A stretch of DNA of 64,000 nt from Octopus bimaculoides. Its lineage: Eukaryota. Location: the NCBI RefSeq assembly GCF_001194135.2, contig NC_068981.1:198678007-198742006 (forward strand), read 5' to 3'. Positions 12,537-23,947 of this stretch are shown here, piece after piece. Position 1 is the first letter of the stretch. Every line of letters starts with the position of its first letter. The notes under the pieces were generated by a model, which saw nothing but the letters and a program-made list of their open reading frames with translations, searched no databases and was not told the origin of the DNA. Position numbers and translations under genes: made by a program.

Positions 12537-12678
12537 TCACTGCCTGGAATAGAACTCGGAATCTTGGAGTTAGCCTGCACTCTTAACCACTATGCCATAT
12601 GCACGTGCATATGCCCAAGGGCATATGGCATAGTGGTTAAGAGCGTGTGCTACTAACCCCAAGATTCCGAGTTTGATT
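12531..12678. mobile_element. Head-to-head inverted pair of tRNA-like SINE heads
   Basis: Both arms read outward GCATATGGCATAGTGGTTAAGAG...CCAAGATTCCGAGTT with A- and B-box-like motifs; central 18-bp palindrome at 12596-12613. Confidence 0.65.
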
Positions 12679-12920
12679 GCTATAAGGTAGGAAAGTGGCT
12701 GGCGAGCAAAACGGAAGCTTTTCTATGTTCTCATGAGGTCTCTTTCATAACTTATTTCTCTAAATCTTCATTAAATATTCAGGTTTTAAAATAACAGGAT
12801 GGTTCAGTTGCATTCTTTTTGTCTTTAACCTCAAGTTGTAGACATTTTGCCCTATAAGATATTATGTCAATAAAATCAGATACATACACACATATATATA
12901 TATTGATAATACCCAGCAGT

Positions 12921-12985
<65 letters not shown>

Positions 12986-13195
12986 CCTTTCTTTATTGTA
13001 AAGTGTATTCTTATTGTTACTGTTATGCTTTTTGCCATAAACTTCCATTTCTCACTCATTTGTCTGTCACACTCACACACATGTAATACTCCATAAGTAA
13101 TTAGCTAATTAACTACTTAACTAATTATTATTCAGTTTCATTTGACTGAATGAGTTCTTCAACTTAATTTAATGTAATTACTTTTTGTTCTTCAG

Positions 13196-13239
13196 GAATG
13201 TTCCAAGGTGATATTGATCTTGAAGGCCGCAACATTTTT
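13196..13239 (+). CDS. Gene 1 exon 4: prodomain (G)MFQGDIDLEGRNIF
   Basis: TTCTTCAG| acceptor, |GTGAGT donor; contains the astacin prodomain FxGDI motif. Confidence 0.85.
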
Positions 13240-14305
13240 GTGAGTATTCTGTTTTACTCTAACAATTGAAGCATGAAAGATGGTTATAAGCCATTTAAGA
13301 ACACACACACAAAAAAAAAAAAAAATCCGTTGGATTCACACAGTCTCAGATCAAGTGACTTGCTATGCAAGCACATCTCTGTAATGCTTTACTCTACTTG
13401 TACATCTATTCATGTATATAAATATGAAGATATATAAACATGCATAAATATGAATGAGGTCTAATAAACAGTTGATCTAGCAAGTGAAACCTCAGCTCAG
13501 TGGGGAGGGGGAGGGCGTGCAATAATGGTGTTAAGAGGAAGGCTCCAGGACAGTGTATATTCTCTCTTGATGACCCCATAAGCATGCTTGTGCCCAGTAA
13601 ATGGAGCTTCCAACTGGCAACACTTGTGTCTGTAAGTTTTTCGCAAATNNNNNNNNNNNNNNNNNNNNNNNNNNNNNNNNNNTATATATATATATATGTA
13701 AATATATATCTATATATCTATGGACTGACTGTCTGCCAAGCAAATGGGAAGCAGTAATTGAAGTAGATGGTGAATATGCTCCGGAACAATCATTTAAAGA
13801 TGTTTTTGTTAAATGTTGTTATTGGTTTTGTTGAATAAAATTTATTGAAGAAAAGCCGCAGTAATTATGCCCCAACCCAATAGAACCCTTATTAAAGACC
13901 AACAGACATTGCTAGGCGCTGACTCTTTAGCCATATTTCCCTTATCGAATGAAGTGGGGCAGGTGGGATTTCTGTATCCTCTTCTGCCTCTCACTTTACT
14001 CCTCAGCTCTTCATGGAATACCACTCAAACGACTCACCTACTATGATGTCTTCAGACTCTTCATCCTTTGCTGCTATCATATTTTTGTGATCTTGACACA
14101 GATGGCTGGAATAACACAAGACAGGGAATTCCATTCCAAATTGCCAAAAATCTGGTTAACTGAGTGAAGTGTGGTGCTGCATTCAAGTAATTGCAGAATA
14201 GTTGACAGACACTTTGTCTCAACAATGCGTACTGAGCACTGGTTGGAACCGGTTAAAAGAGCAACATGTCTACAGAAATACACAAAGCAGGATGATGTAG
14301 CTGTA

Positions 14306-14357
<52 letters not shown>

Positions 14358-15869
14358 TGATTCAGCCATTTTTACTCGTGCTTTCTTTAAAAATCTCTGT
14401 TTGCTTTGTTGTGGAGAAATTTGGTAATATCTTGTCACGATGTTCCTGGATTCTGACTGTAATAAAAGATTCTATTAGATAAAGATGTATTTAAGCAATC
14501 TGTGAGTATTTGATTTGTAAAGTCAAATAGAATAAGAGGTGAACACAATGTAGACACTGATATTCTTTAGGAGATCAATCAATATTAAAAAAAAAAGGAA
14601 AAGAATGAAGAGGTAAAGTCAGAAGCAAAAAATAAATATATAACAAATAAAAAAATAAAGAAGAGTAATTGAAGATTTTGGTAAGAAATCAAAGGATTTT
14701 ATTGTAATAATGGTTGAGATTAAATAGAATGGGCAATTCTTTGAAGGATGTTCAATATGTATTAATATTGATAAGCTTATATAGGAATAGCTAACACTTT
14801 AGGTTTGGAATGAGATTCATTTTTTCTTTTTAAATAGATGAGTAAATGAGGTGCTGAGCTGCCTGAGGTTAGCAGTTCAAATCCTGAGCAAGATGTTGTG
14901 TTTCTGGACTTGACCACTTACTTTGTGTCTCTGAGGAATATAACTAGCAGAACATCTTGAGCCCTTTGTTACCATATTTCTGTTGAAATCCGCTGCCTTT
15001 GTTTCATTTAATTTTGAAAATAACGAAGAACTTCAGGAATATAACGTGAAGTTGGTACTGAGAAGATAAATTATGATGAATGTTTGATGGCAGGTTTTCA
15101 TTGCGATCATATTAAAACAGGAAGTTTGTATCATTGAACCCAGGGGCAGTCTCTCAAGAAAAGGTTATTAACATAAAAAAACACCAAAAGGAATTCATCT
15201 GAATCGCATTTATTCCTTTCTTCCACACTTTTTTGTCTTCCATCACTTCTACCACAGTTTTTGTTTTCTAATGTTTTTCTCCTCTGGCAACTGTTGCACA
15301 TAGGCTCAACAATGTCAGACTCTTATCCTTTTACCACGTATTGGTTCCCATAATAATGCCCCCCCCCCCCGCAAATGTCTTACAAACTTAAGTCCATGCT
15401 GTTTGATGGTTTCTGTTAATCAGCTTCACCATCCTTTAACATCTGTTTTCCATTCTAACATGAGATGCAGGGTTTGCCAGATGCTGGCAAGGTCAGAAGC
15501 TACACCACGTCCCATTCTCTATTTTGACATGGTTTCTATTGCTGCAAGCTCTTCCTAATGCCAACCATTTTACAGAACGGTCTGGGTGCCCTTTACATGG
15601 CACCAGCACCAGCAAGGTCACCAAGTACCTTGCAAGACTAAAAAAAAAAAAGAATGGTAACATTCCCATATAATCCATAGTTGGCAAATGTTGCTTCCAA
15701 GAAGCACTCCCTGCTTTCCTAAACCGCTCAGTATATGCTCCATTTAATCTGGTCTGTGCTACTTTCGTAAGCGTCCCATCTTCAGATCCACAAACCAACT
15801 CAGAACAGCCATCGAAAGCAAAACAGAACACTACATAAAAGTCAGCATTAAGCAACAGGCTTGATGACA

Positions 15870-15889
15870 ACACTACCTCTACTACTACT

Positions 15890-15954
<65 letters not shown>

Positions 15955-16028
15955 CACTACTACTACTACTATTACTACTACCACCACCACCACCACTACC
16001 TCTACTACTACTACCACCACCACTACCT

Positions 16029-16068
<40 letters not shown>

Positions 16069-16075
16069 CACCACC

Positions 16076-16137
<62 letters not shown>

Positions 16138-16139
16138 CT

Positions 16140-16220
<81 letters not shown>
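15870..16220. repeat. Compound (CTA/CCA)n microsatellite ending about 30 nt upstream of gene 1 exon 5
   Basis: Read directly. Many other (TA)n, (CA)n, (GA)n, (ATT)n and (CAT)n tracts occur, e.g. 1-60, 1999-2090, 37780-38020. Confidence 0.95.
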
Positions 16221-16252
16221 AATTTAAGGTTGATATTTTCTGTACCACACAG

Positions 16253-16328
16253 TCCCGCAATGCAATTGGCTCAGCCAAGAAGAAGTGGCCCAGCACAACA
16301 ATTCCTTTCAAAATCCATTCCTATTTCA
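16253..16328 (+). CDS. Gene 1 exon 5: maturation site and start of catalytic domain SRNAIGSAKKKWPSTTIPFKIHSYF
   Basis: CACACAG| acceptor, |GTAAGT donor, 76 nt; RNA..W P..IP pattern of astacin N-termini. Confidence 0.85.
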
Positions 16329-16469
16329 GTAAGTACCGCTTCCTGTCATACTTCCATTGCAGTCTCTTTAATTTTTGTATTTCAAATAGTCTTGGATGAC
16401 TAAATCATTAAAATACCAAACAACTAACTCTAAAGAACACATTGCCATTGTCAACGATCACATGGAAGA

Positions 16470-16875
16470 AGATTGGGCACAATATGTCCAGGTGTGGCCA
16501 ATCAGTCCGATGCATGCTCAGAAAGCTGTGCCACAGGTCAAGCATTGGTGGTCTGTTGAGACATGAAGGTGTGGTGTTGGCTCTGGACTTGTGCAATTCA
16601 TGCTTTCTTTGGGCCTCTGCAATCCTTCAAAAGAGGTGACACCTCAGTCAACACAGCTTCACCAGACAGGACAGTCTTGTGCTTGTGTTGTTCAAATGCT
16701 GGGGTTGATCTCAAGGCTCATCAATGAGGCTTTGTGTGTGTCCACCTTGCATGTGCTTTCCCTCTTCCAGTTTCTTAGGGGTTTTGTGTGTCAGGCATTT
16801 GAACAAGGTGGCCTGCTCACCTGACTTGTGCTCTCCACAGCAGTGTGTAAATGCTTGGCAAATCAGCTCAAGAGG
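16470..16875 (-). mobile_element. Older degraded RTE (BovB-like) 3' fragment
   Basis: Frame-broken SLMSLEINPSI..AQDCPVW...HQCLTCGTAF parallels the C-terminus of 49041-49760. Confidence 0.55.
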
Positions 16876-18019
16876 GGAACTCCTTTTCCTACATACATAC
16901 ATACATACAGACATACATACATGCATACATATGTATGTATGTATGTATGGTATATATGTATGCATGTATTTGGTGTTAAGAAGGGTGTTGATTCATAGAA
17001 ACTATGGCAAAGCTAACATTGGAGCCTGCTGTGGCCTTGCAGCTCACTGGAACCTATCAAATTGATCACCCCATGCCAAAATGGGACGTGAATTTTAAAT
17101 GATGATGATGATGATGATGATAATGATGATAATCTACACGTATATGTATACATACATATACACATACATTTACACAAATATATATACATATGTGTATGTG
17201 TGAGAGTCGTCTAAAAGTCTATAAGTCATAATGAGAGCGTAGTGAATGCTTTTACATGCCAGTGACACTGGTATCTGCCACGACTGCGATTGTGCTCAGC
17301 TTGATGGGTCTTCTTCTCAAGCACGACATAATGCCAAAGGTCTCGGTCATTGCCGCCATGAGGCTCAACACTCGAAAAGAGCTTTAGAGCTTTTCACATG
17401 CCACTGGCATCAGTCACTTTGCCCCCATGAGGCCCAACGCTTGAAAGGTGCTTTATACGTGCCACAGGCATGAGTGCCAGTTACATAACACCAGCATCAG
17501 ACACGACTATGGTCTCACTTGGTTTGATGGGTCTTCTCAAGCACAGTGTATTGCCAAAGGTTTTGGTCACCAGTCATTGCCTCTGTATCATCATCACCAT
17601 CATCATCATCATTTAATGTCTACTTTCATGCTGGCATGGATTGGACAGTTTGACTGGGAGCTGGCAAGCCAGATGGTTGCACCAGGCTCCAATCTGATTT
17701 GGCAAAGTTTCTACAGCTGGATGCCCTTCCTAATGCCAACCACTCCGAGAGTGTAGTGGGTGATTTTACATGCCACCAGCACGAGGGTCAGTCAGGTCGT
17801 ACTGGTGATGGCCATGCTCAAATGGTGCTTTTTATGTGCCACCTGCACAGGAGCCAGTCCAGCAGCAGTGGCAACGTTCCTTGCTTGAATGTTGTTTTTC
17901 ATGAGCTACAGGCACAAGTGCCANNNNNNNNNNNNNNNNNNNNNNNNNNNNNNNNNNNNNNNNNNNNNNNNNNNNNNNNNNNNNNNNNNNNNNNNNNNNN
18001 NNNNNNNNNNNNNNNNNTA

Positions 18020-18072
<53 letters not shown>

Positions 18073-18535
18073 ATATATATATATTTGGAGAGAAGATTTT
18101 TTTTTCAAAGAGTTAAGATCGAGAAAAGAACCTTTTTAGAAAGTCGAAAGACACTAACCCATGTCTATTTCTTATTTTTAATAAAATATTTTTGTTACCC
18201 AATGACATAACCATTCTTTGAATGAAGCAATGTCTTAGGTTGAGTCCATTTCAAGCGTTCTTTTTGTTCATGTCTATCAACTGGTAATGTTTCACTTGTT
18301 CAACTGGAAATTCACTAATTTTGGAAAGCCTTCATAACATTGTGAGGATATTAAAATTAATTTTAACAATAGGCGTAGCTGTGTGGTAAGAAGCTTGCTT
18401 CCCAACCACATGGTTTTAGGTTCAGTCCTACTGCATGACATCTTGGGCAAGTGTCTCCTACTATAACCTTGGACCAATCAAAGCTTTTTGAGTGTATTTG
18501 GTAGACAGAAACTGAAAGAAGCCCGTCACACACAC

Positions 18536-18573
<38 letters not shown>

Positions 18574-20011
18574 GTGTGGGTGTTTTTTGTGTCTCTGTTT
18601 GTCCCCCCCACCATCGCTTGGCAACCGATGTTGGTGTGTTTATGTCCCTCTAACTTAGTGGTTCAGCTAAAGAAACCAATAGAATAAGTACTAGGCTTAC
18701 TAAGAAGTCCTGGGGTCGATTTCTTCAGCTAAAACCTTTTACCATCTCTTAAGCTTTGCTGAATCTTCTTTCAATTTAGTGTTGTTTCTCTGTTAATACA
18801 GCCACCACCACCACCACCACCACCACCTCCACCACCAACACCACCACCGCCACCACCACCNNNNNNNNNNNNNNNNNNNNNNNNNNNNNNNNNNNNNNNN
18901 NNNNNNNNNNNNNNNNNNNNNNNNNNNNNNNNNNNNNNNNNNNNNNNNNNNNNNNNNNNNNNNNNNNNNNNNNNNNNNNNNNNNNNNNNNNNNNNNNNNN
19001 NNNNNNNNNNNNNNNNNNNNNNNNNNNNNNNNNNNNNNNNNNNNNNNNNNNNNNNNNNNNNNNNNNNNNNNNNNNNNNNNNNNNNNNNNNNNNNNNNNNN
19101 NNNNNNNNNNNNNNNNNNNNNNNNNNNNNNNNNNNNNNNNNNNNNNNNNNNNNNNNNNNNNNNNNNNNNNNNNNNNNNNNNNNNNNNNNNNNNNNNNNNN
19201 NNNNNNNNNNNNNNNNNNNNNNNNNNNNNNNNNNNNNNNNNNNNNNNNNNNNNNNNNNNNNNNNNNNNNNNNNNNNNNNNNNNNNNNNNNNNNNNNNNNN
19301 NNNNNNNNNNNNNNNNNNNNNNNNNNNNNNNNNNNNNNNNNNNNNNNNNNNNNNNNNNNNNNNNNNNATTGGACAAAATGGCTTCTATTTAGTTACAGTT
19401 CTTCAAGCTCTGAGTTTAAACCTTGCTTAGGAACATGCATACACATGTATGTTTGTATATATATATATATATATGTATATACAACATCATCATCGTTTAA
19501 CGTCCGCTTTCCATGCTAGCATGGGTTGGACGGTTTGACTGAGGACTGGCAAGCCCGAAGGCTGCACCAGGCTCCAATCTGATTTGGCAGAGTTTCTACA
19601 GCTGGATGCCCTTCCTAACGCCAACCACTTTGAGAGTATAGTGGGTGCTTTTTACGTGCCACCGGCATGAGGGTCAGTCCTGCGGTACTGGCAACGGCCA
19701 CGCTCAAATGGTGTTTTTTATGTGCCACCTGTCCGATATAAGGCAGCTTGTACTATTCAAGCATTGTGATAAGATACAAAGGCAACCACGTGTTTGCTTG
19801 TAATAATTCATTTACATACAGTATAAATGTGTGTGTGTGTGTGTGAAAGGTGGTTGGTGTTAGGAAGGGCATCTGGCCATAAATACCATGCTAAAACAGA
19901 CAGTGAAGCCTGGTGCAGCCCTCTAGCTTATCTAGTCCTGTCAAAGCATCCAACCCATGCCAGCATTGGAAACAGACGTCAAATGATAATGATGATGATG
20001 ATGATGAGAAT

Positions 20012-20046
<35 letters not shown>

Positions 20047-20490
20047 GTGCCTGCATACATGTAAACATAGAGCTGCTACCAGTCTCACTAATGCTGGTCC
20101 CACAAAAAAGCAAAAGCATCCAGTCCATGCTGTAAAGTGGTCAATGTTAGGAAGGGCAGAAATGAACCCTACAAATGAAACCTGTGCAATCTGTCCTTCC
20201 TGAGCCCAAATGGCAAGTTGATGTCATCGATGATGAAGAGGATGACGATGATGATGTGGATGATGATGAGGATGAGGAGGAGAGAGAACAATGGGAGGCT
20301 CATGATGATGATGATGGTGATGGTGATAATGTTATGTAACCAAGCTAATATGGACCTAGGAATTCCAACAAGCTCATATCCAAATTTGAGCCATATGTTG
20401 CCAAAACCTAGCCTAAACTCCGCCATATTTTATGAAGATTTCATTTTGTTTTGTATTTTGATTGTATTGTTTTATTCCCTTTGAACGCAG

Positions 20491-20666
20491 ATGCCATAGT
20501 CCTGTTGGATTCAAAGACAAAAGCCAAGGCGTATCCCTTGGATTTGGTTGTCGAGACATGGGCACGGTTGTACATGAAACATTGCACAATTTGGGATTCT
20601 ATCATGAACAGAGTCGGCCTGATAGAGACTTGTACATCAAATTAAACATGACCAATGTCCAAAAAG
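20491..20666 (+). CDS. Gene 1 zinc-binding exon CHSPVG...HETLHNLGFYHEQSRPDRD
   Basis: HExxHxxGxxHE and RxDRD; GAACGCAG| acceptor, |GTGAGA donor, 176 nt. Confidence 0.95.
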
Positions 20667-20968
20667 GTGAGATGCTTGTCTCTTATCACCTGCTTATTTA
20701 CAATTATAAATCCCTTAATTGAGATTCCTACATCGTTATGAATTGATTTTCACCATACAGCATAATTACAGAACAGTTTAGTAAAAGAATGATTGGTATT
20801 GTTTTCTGACTCTGGAAGGTGTGGTTGTGCAGGTGAGAAGGTTCTGTCCCACAGTGGAACAGTGGAGCACCTTGGCCAAGTGTCTTCTGCTATAAGCCTT
20901 AGGTTCTACAAAGCCTTGTGAGTAAATTTGATAAATGGAATGTGAAAGAAACCTATTGCAAATGTATG

Positions 20969-21760
20969 TGTCATCATCATCATCATCATCATCGTCATTT
21001 AACGTCTGTCCTCCATGCTGGCATGGGTTGGACAGTTCGACTGGAGTCTGGGAAGCCAGGAGGCCACACCAGAGTCCAGTCTGATCTGGCAGTATTTCTA
21101 CAACTGGATGCCCTTCCTAACGCCAACCACTCTGTGAGTGTAGTGGGTGCTTTTTACATGCCATCGGCACAGGGGCCAGAGGGGGCTGGCAATGACCATG
21201 ATCGGTTGGTGCTTTCTACATGCCACTGGCACGGAAGGCAGTCAAGGTGGCGCTGGCATCGGCCAAGTTCAGATGGTGCTTTTTATGTGCTACCCTCACC
21301 GGGCTCACAACTACAGTTTCCATTTGATTTGATTTTGATATTGATGTTGATGTTGATGTACTTGACTCAATAGGTCTCCTCAAGCATGGCATGTCATCCT
21401 ACAATCCAAGATACTTTTGAGTTGGCTGGCTATGCAACACTGGTGAAGGTTACAGCTGTGAACTCACTTTATTTGCCGGGTCTTCTCAGTCACAGCAGAT
21501 CTCCAGAGGTCTTGGTCTTTCGTCGTTGCCTCTGTGAGGCCCAACGTTCGAAGGTCATGCTTCACCACCTCATCCCATGTCTTCCTGGCTCTCCCTCTAC
21601 CCCGGATTCCTTCCACTGTTTGGGAGTGGTACTTCCTCATCCAGCCGTAACATATGACCATACCAATGCAAATATCTCTCTTGCATGCTACATCCAATGC
21701 TTCTTATGTCTAACATTTCTCTCAGGGTGCTTACAATCTGTCGTGTGTGCACACATACAT
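20969..21760 (-). mobile_element. RTE LINE 3' end (ORF terminus + 3' UTR + (GAT)n tail); type copy of the most common dispersed repeat here
   Basis: RGRGRARKTWDEVVKHDLRTLGLTEA...EKTRQ* then the UTR. Related 5'-truncated copies at approx. 2900-3315, 7007-7203, 7672-8005, 11529-11817, 17190-17923, 19485-19732, 25130-25680, 35140-35665, 39006-39370, 48694-48975, 51126-51412, 52357-52675, 54525-54770, 59510-60238 and 61325-61850. Confidence 0.85.
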
Positions 21761-21791
21761 ACACACACACACACACGTACACATTTATATA

Positions 21792-22351
21792 CAAGGTCAT
21801 TCAAAAAGAAAGAGCAGATTTCAAATTTATTTTTAAACCAAACGGTAAGAGACACAAACACATTCTACATATTTCTTGATAGGGAAAGGTTCAAAGTTTA
21901 TTTAAAGGTAGTATGCACTCAACATGAGCATCCTGAGCACCGGTGATTTTTCCTCTGCAAATGCAACCTTTTTCTGTGAAATTTTTATACCATTCCTAAA
22001 TTTTTTTGTGATGAGGTGGATTTTTATTGAATTGGCAGCAAAATTCACGTTGCATTTGTACAATCAATCGACACTTCTCAAACTGCAGCACACAAAAGGG
22101 CCTTTCTTGTGGCGTTGCCATTTTCTAAGGGATTACATAAATGAAAATTATACAATTTTAAATAAAATGAACAAAATGAAGCATAAAAACAAAATTAAAA
22201 TATTATTTTATTTATGGCTGAATTCAATTGATGATGTTCAGCTATAAACTTTAAACCTTCTCCTATCAACAAATATGTAGAATGTGTTTGTGTCTCTTAC
22301 CGTTTGGTTTAAAGATAAATTTGAAATCTGCTCTTTCTTTTTGAATAGCCC

Positions 22352-22353
<2 letters not shown>
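21792..22353 (-). mobile_element. Internally deleted Tc1/mariner-type element (MITE-like) with about 110-bp TIRs
   Basis: TIRs 21792-21901 and 22244-22353 (CAAGGTCATTCAAAAAG / CAGGGCTATTCAAAAAG), TA at left flank; interior encodes MATPQERPFCVLQF...QREF...PPHHKKI*EWYKNFTEKGC, a transposase N-terminal HTH. Confidence 0.8.
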
Positions 22354-22409
<56 letters not shown>

Positions 22410-22845
22410 CATATATATATATGTATAGGTTGACGGAAGTAGTTGGGTTTACGTTTAGTTGAATACAATAAATGAGAGATGACTTTCCCCATGGAGAAGA
22501 TGTCAGTCACTCACAAGTGATATTCATCTGCTGTTTCTCAGAGTCAGTTGAAGTGAACAATATATATTAATAAAACAAACTGCCTTGCTGCAGACTTGAA
22601 CTGACACCTCTTAGGTTAGTAAAGCAACATGTTGCTGGCAAAGTCATGTCTTATCTGCTTGTGAAACCACGGGATCAATTTGTTTGAAGAATTATTTTTT
22701 ACCTCCACTTCTACTTATTTTGAATGTTTCCTTAAAACACAACCCCTCCTCCTCCTCTCTATCACATTCTTTTATAATCCAGTTCCCCCTCCCCTCCAAT
22801 CTCTACTCCCAATGTTTAGATTTTGGTTTGGTTTTTTTCTTTCAG

Positions 22846-23091
22846 GTCATGAAAAAAATTTCTTGAAAATGTATCCCCCATTGATTGACACTCAGAACCT
22901 GCCATACGACTACAATTCCATCATGCATTATGGACCTCACGCTTTTGCAATAGACCGTGCCATTCCAACAATTATTCCTCTGAAAAAAAATGTAGTTATT
23001 GGACAACGTAGTGGCATGAGTCAATTGGACATCATCCAGCTTCAAAGACTCTACAAATGTCCAGAACGACAATACATTCCTATACAAGATG
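22846..23091 (+). CDS. Gene 1 Met-turn exon (YDYNSIMHYG...IGQRSGMSQLDI...LYKC)
   Basis: TTTCAG| acceptor, |GTAAAA donor, 246 nt, phase 1-1. Confidence 0.95.
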
Positions 23092-23126
23092 GTAAAAACC
23101 TTCAACTTTATGCCACGTGTTTTATT

Positions 23127-23397
23127 CGTAATAACCAACAGTGTTTTCTGTGTAGTAAACCTGTAATGTTTTCTTGATAATAATCTGTTGTGTATTAAAT
23201 GGAATAACACACAGCTTTTTCCTTTGTAATAACACACAGAGTTTTAATTAGGAATAATCTGCAGTGTTTTATTCGTTATAACCTGTCGCACTTTCTTAGT
23301 AATAACCTACAATATTTTGTTTTTGTAATAACCAACAGTGTTTATTTGTAATAACATGCAATGTTTTCTTTGTAATAACTGGTGGTGTTTTATCCCT
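23127..23397. repeat. Degenerate 23-25-bp minisatellite (GTAATAAC-N5-RTGTTTT-N3), about 11 units
   Basis: Recurrent GTAATAAC anchors spaced 23-26 nt apart. Confidence 0.65.
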
Positions 23398-23531
23398 CCG
23401 TAGCTAAGAACCCACCACCATCATCATCATCATCATCATCACCATCACCATTATCACCATCACCATCATTGTCATCATCGTTATCATCATTCTAATTAGT
23501 ATTATCAAGAATATTCTTGCCTCTTTTCTAG

Positions 23532-23696
23532 GCCACACAGTGAGTCCCAACTGTACGTTTGACGGAGGATTGTGTGGCTGGCAAAATGTCACAATGGATC
23601 CGTCAATAAAGAATAACACTTGGCTCCGTCAAAATGCTGAAACTCTAAGTTTACACACTGGGCCCTTGATGGATCATACAATTGGTGCTGTAGATG
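23532..23696 (+). CDS. Gene 1 MAM exon a (CTFDGGLCGW...TGPLMDHT)
   Basis: TTTTCTAG| acceptor, |GTAAGC donor, 165 nt; MAM motifs C-x-F-D..C-G-W and GP..DHT. Confidence 0.9.
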
Positions 23697-23727
23697 GTAA
23701 GCTATGCTTTTTATTTTCTATCTTGAA

Positions 23728-23947
23728 GGGCAGGAAACTGGCAGAAGTGTTAGCACGCCGGGTGAAATGCTTTGCGCCATTTTGCCTGTTGCTATGTTCT
23801 GAGTTCAAATTCCATTGAGGTCGAGTTTCCCTTTCATCCTTTTGGAGTCGATAAATTAAGTATCAGTTGTGTACTGGAGGTCGGTCTAAACAACTGCCCT
23901 CACCCTTCCTCAAAAATTTCGGGCTTTGTGCCTAGAGTAAAAAAGAA
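23728..23947 (+). mobile_element. tRNA-derived SINE (family A) with perfect 16-bp target-site duplication
   Basis: TATTTTCTATCTTGAA at 23712-23727 and 23948-23963; B-box-like GAGTTCAAATTCC. Relatives at approx. 24940-25135(-), 27500-27650(-), 37490-37700(-) and 48448-48650(+). Confidence 0.85.

Noticed and set aside
18790-18860. Acceptor-like TTTCTCTGTTAATACAG followed by (CCA)n as the missing gene 1 exon
   Set aside because: It would encode poly-Thr inside the catalytic domain, with no homology to the paralogous exon.
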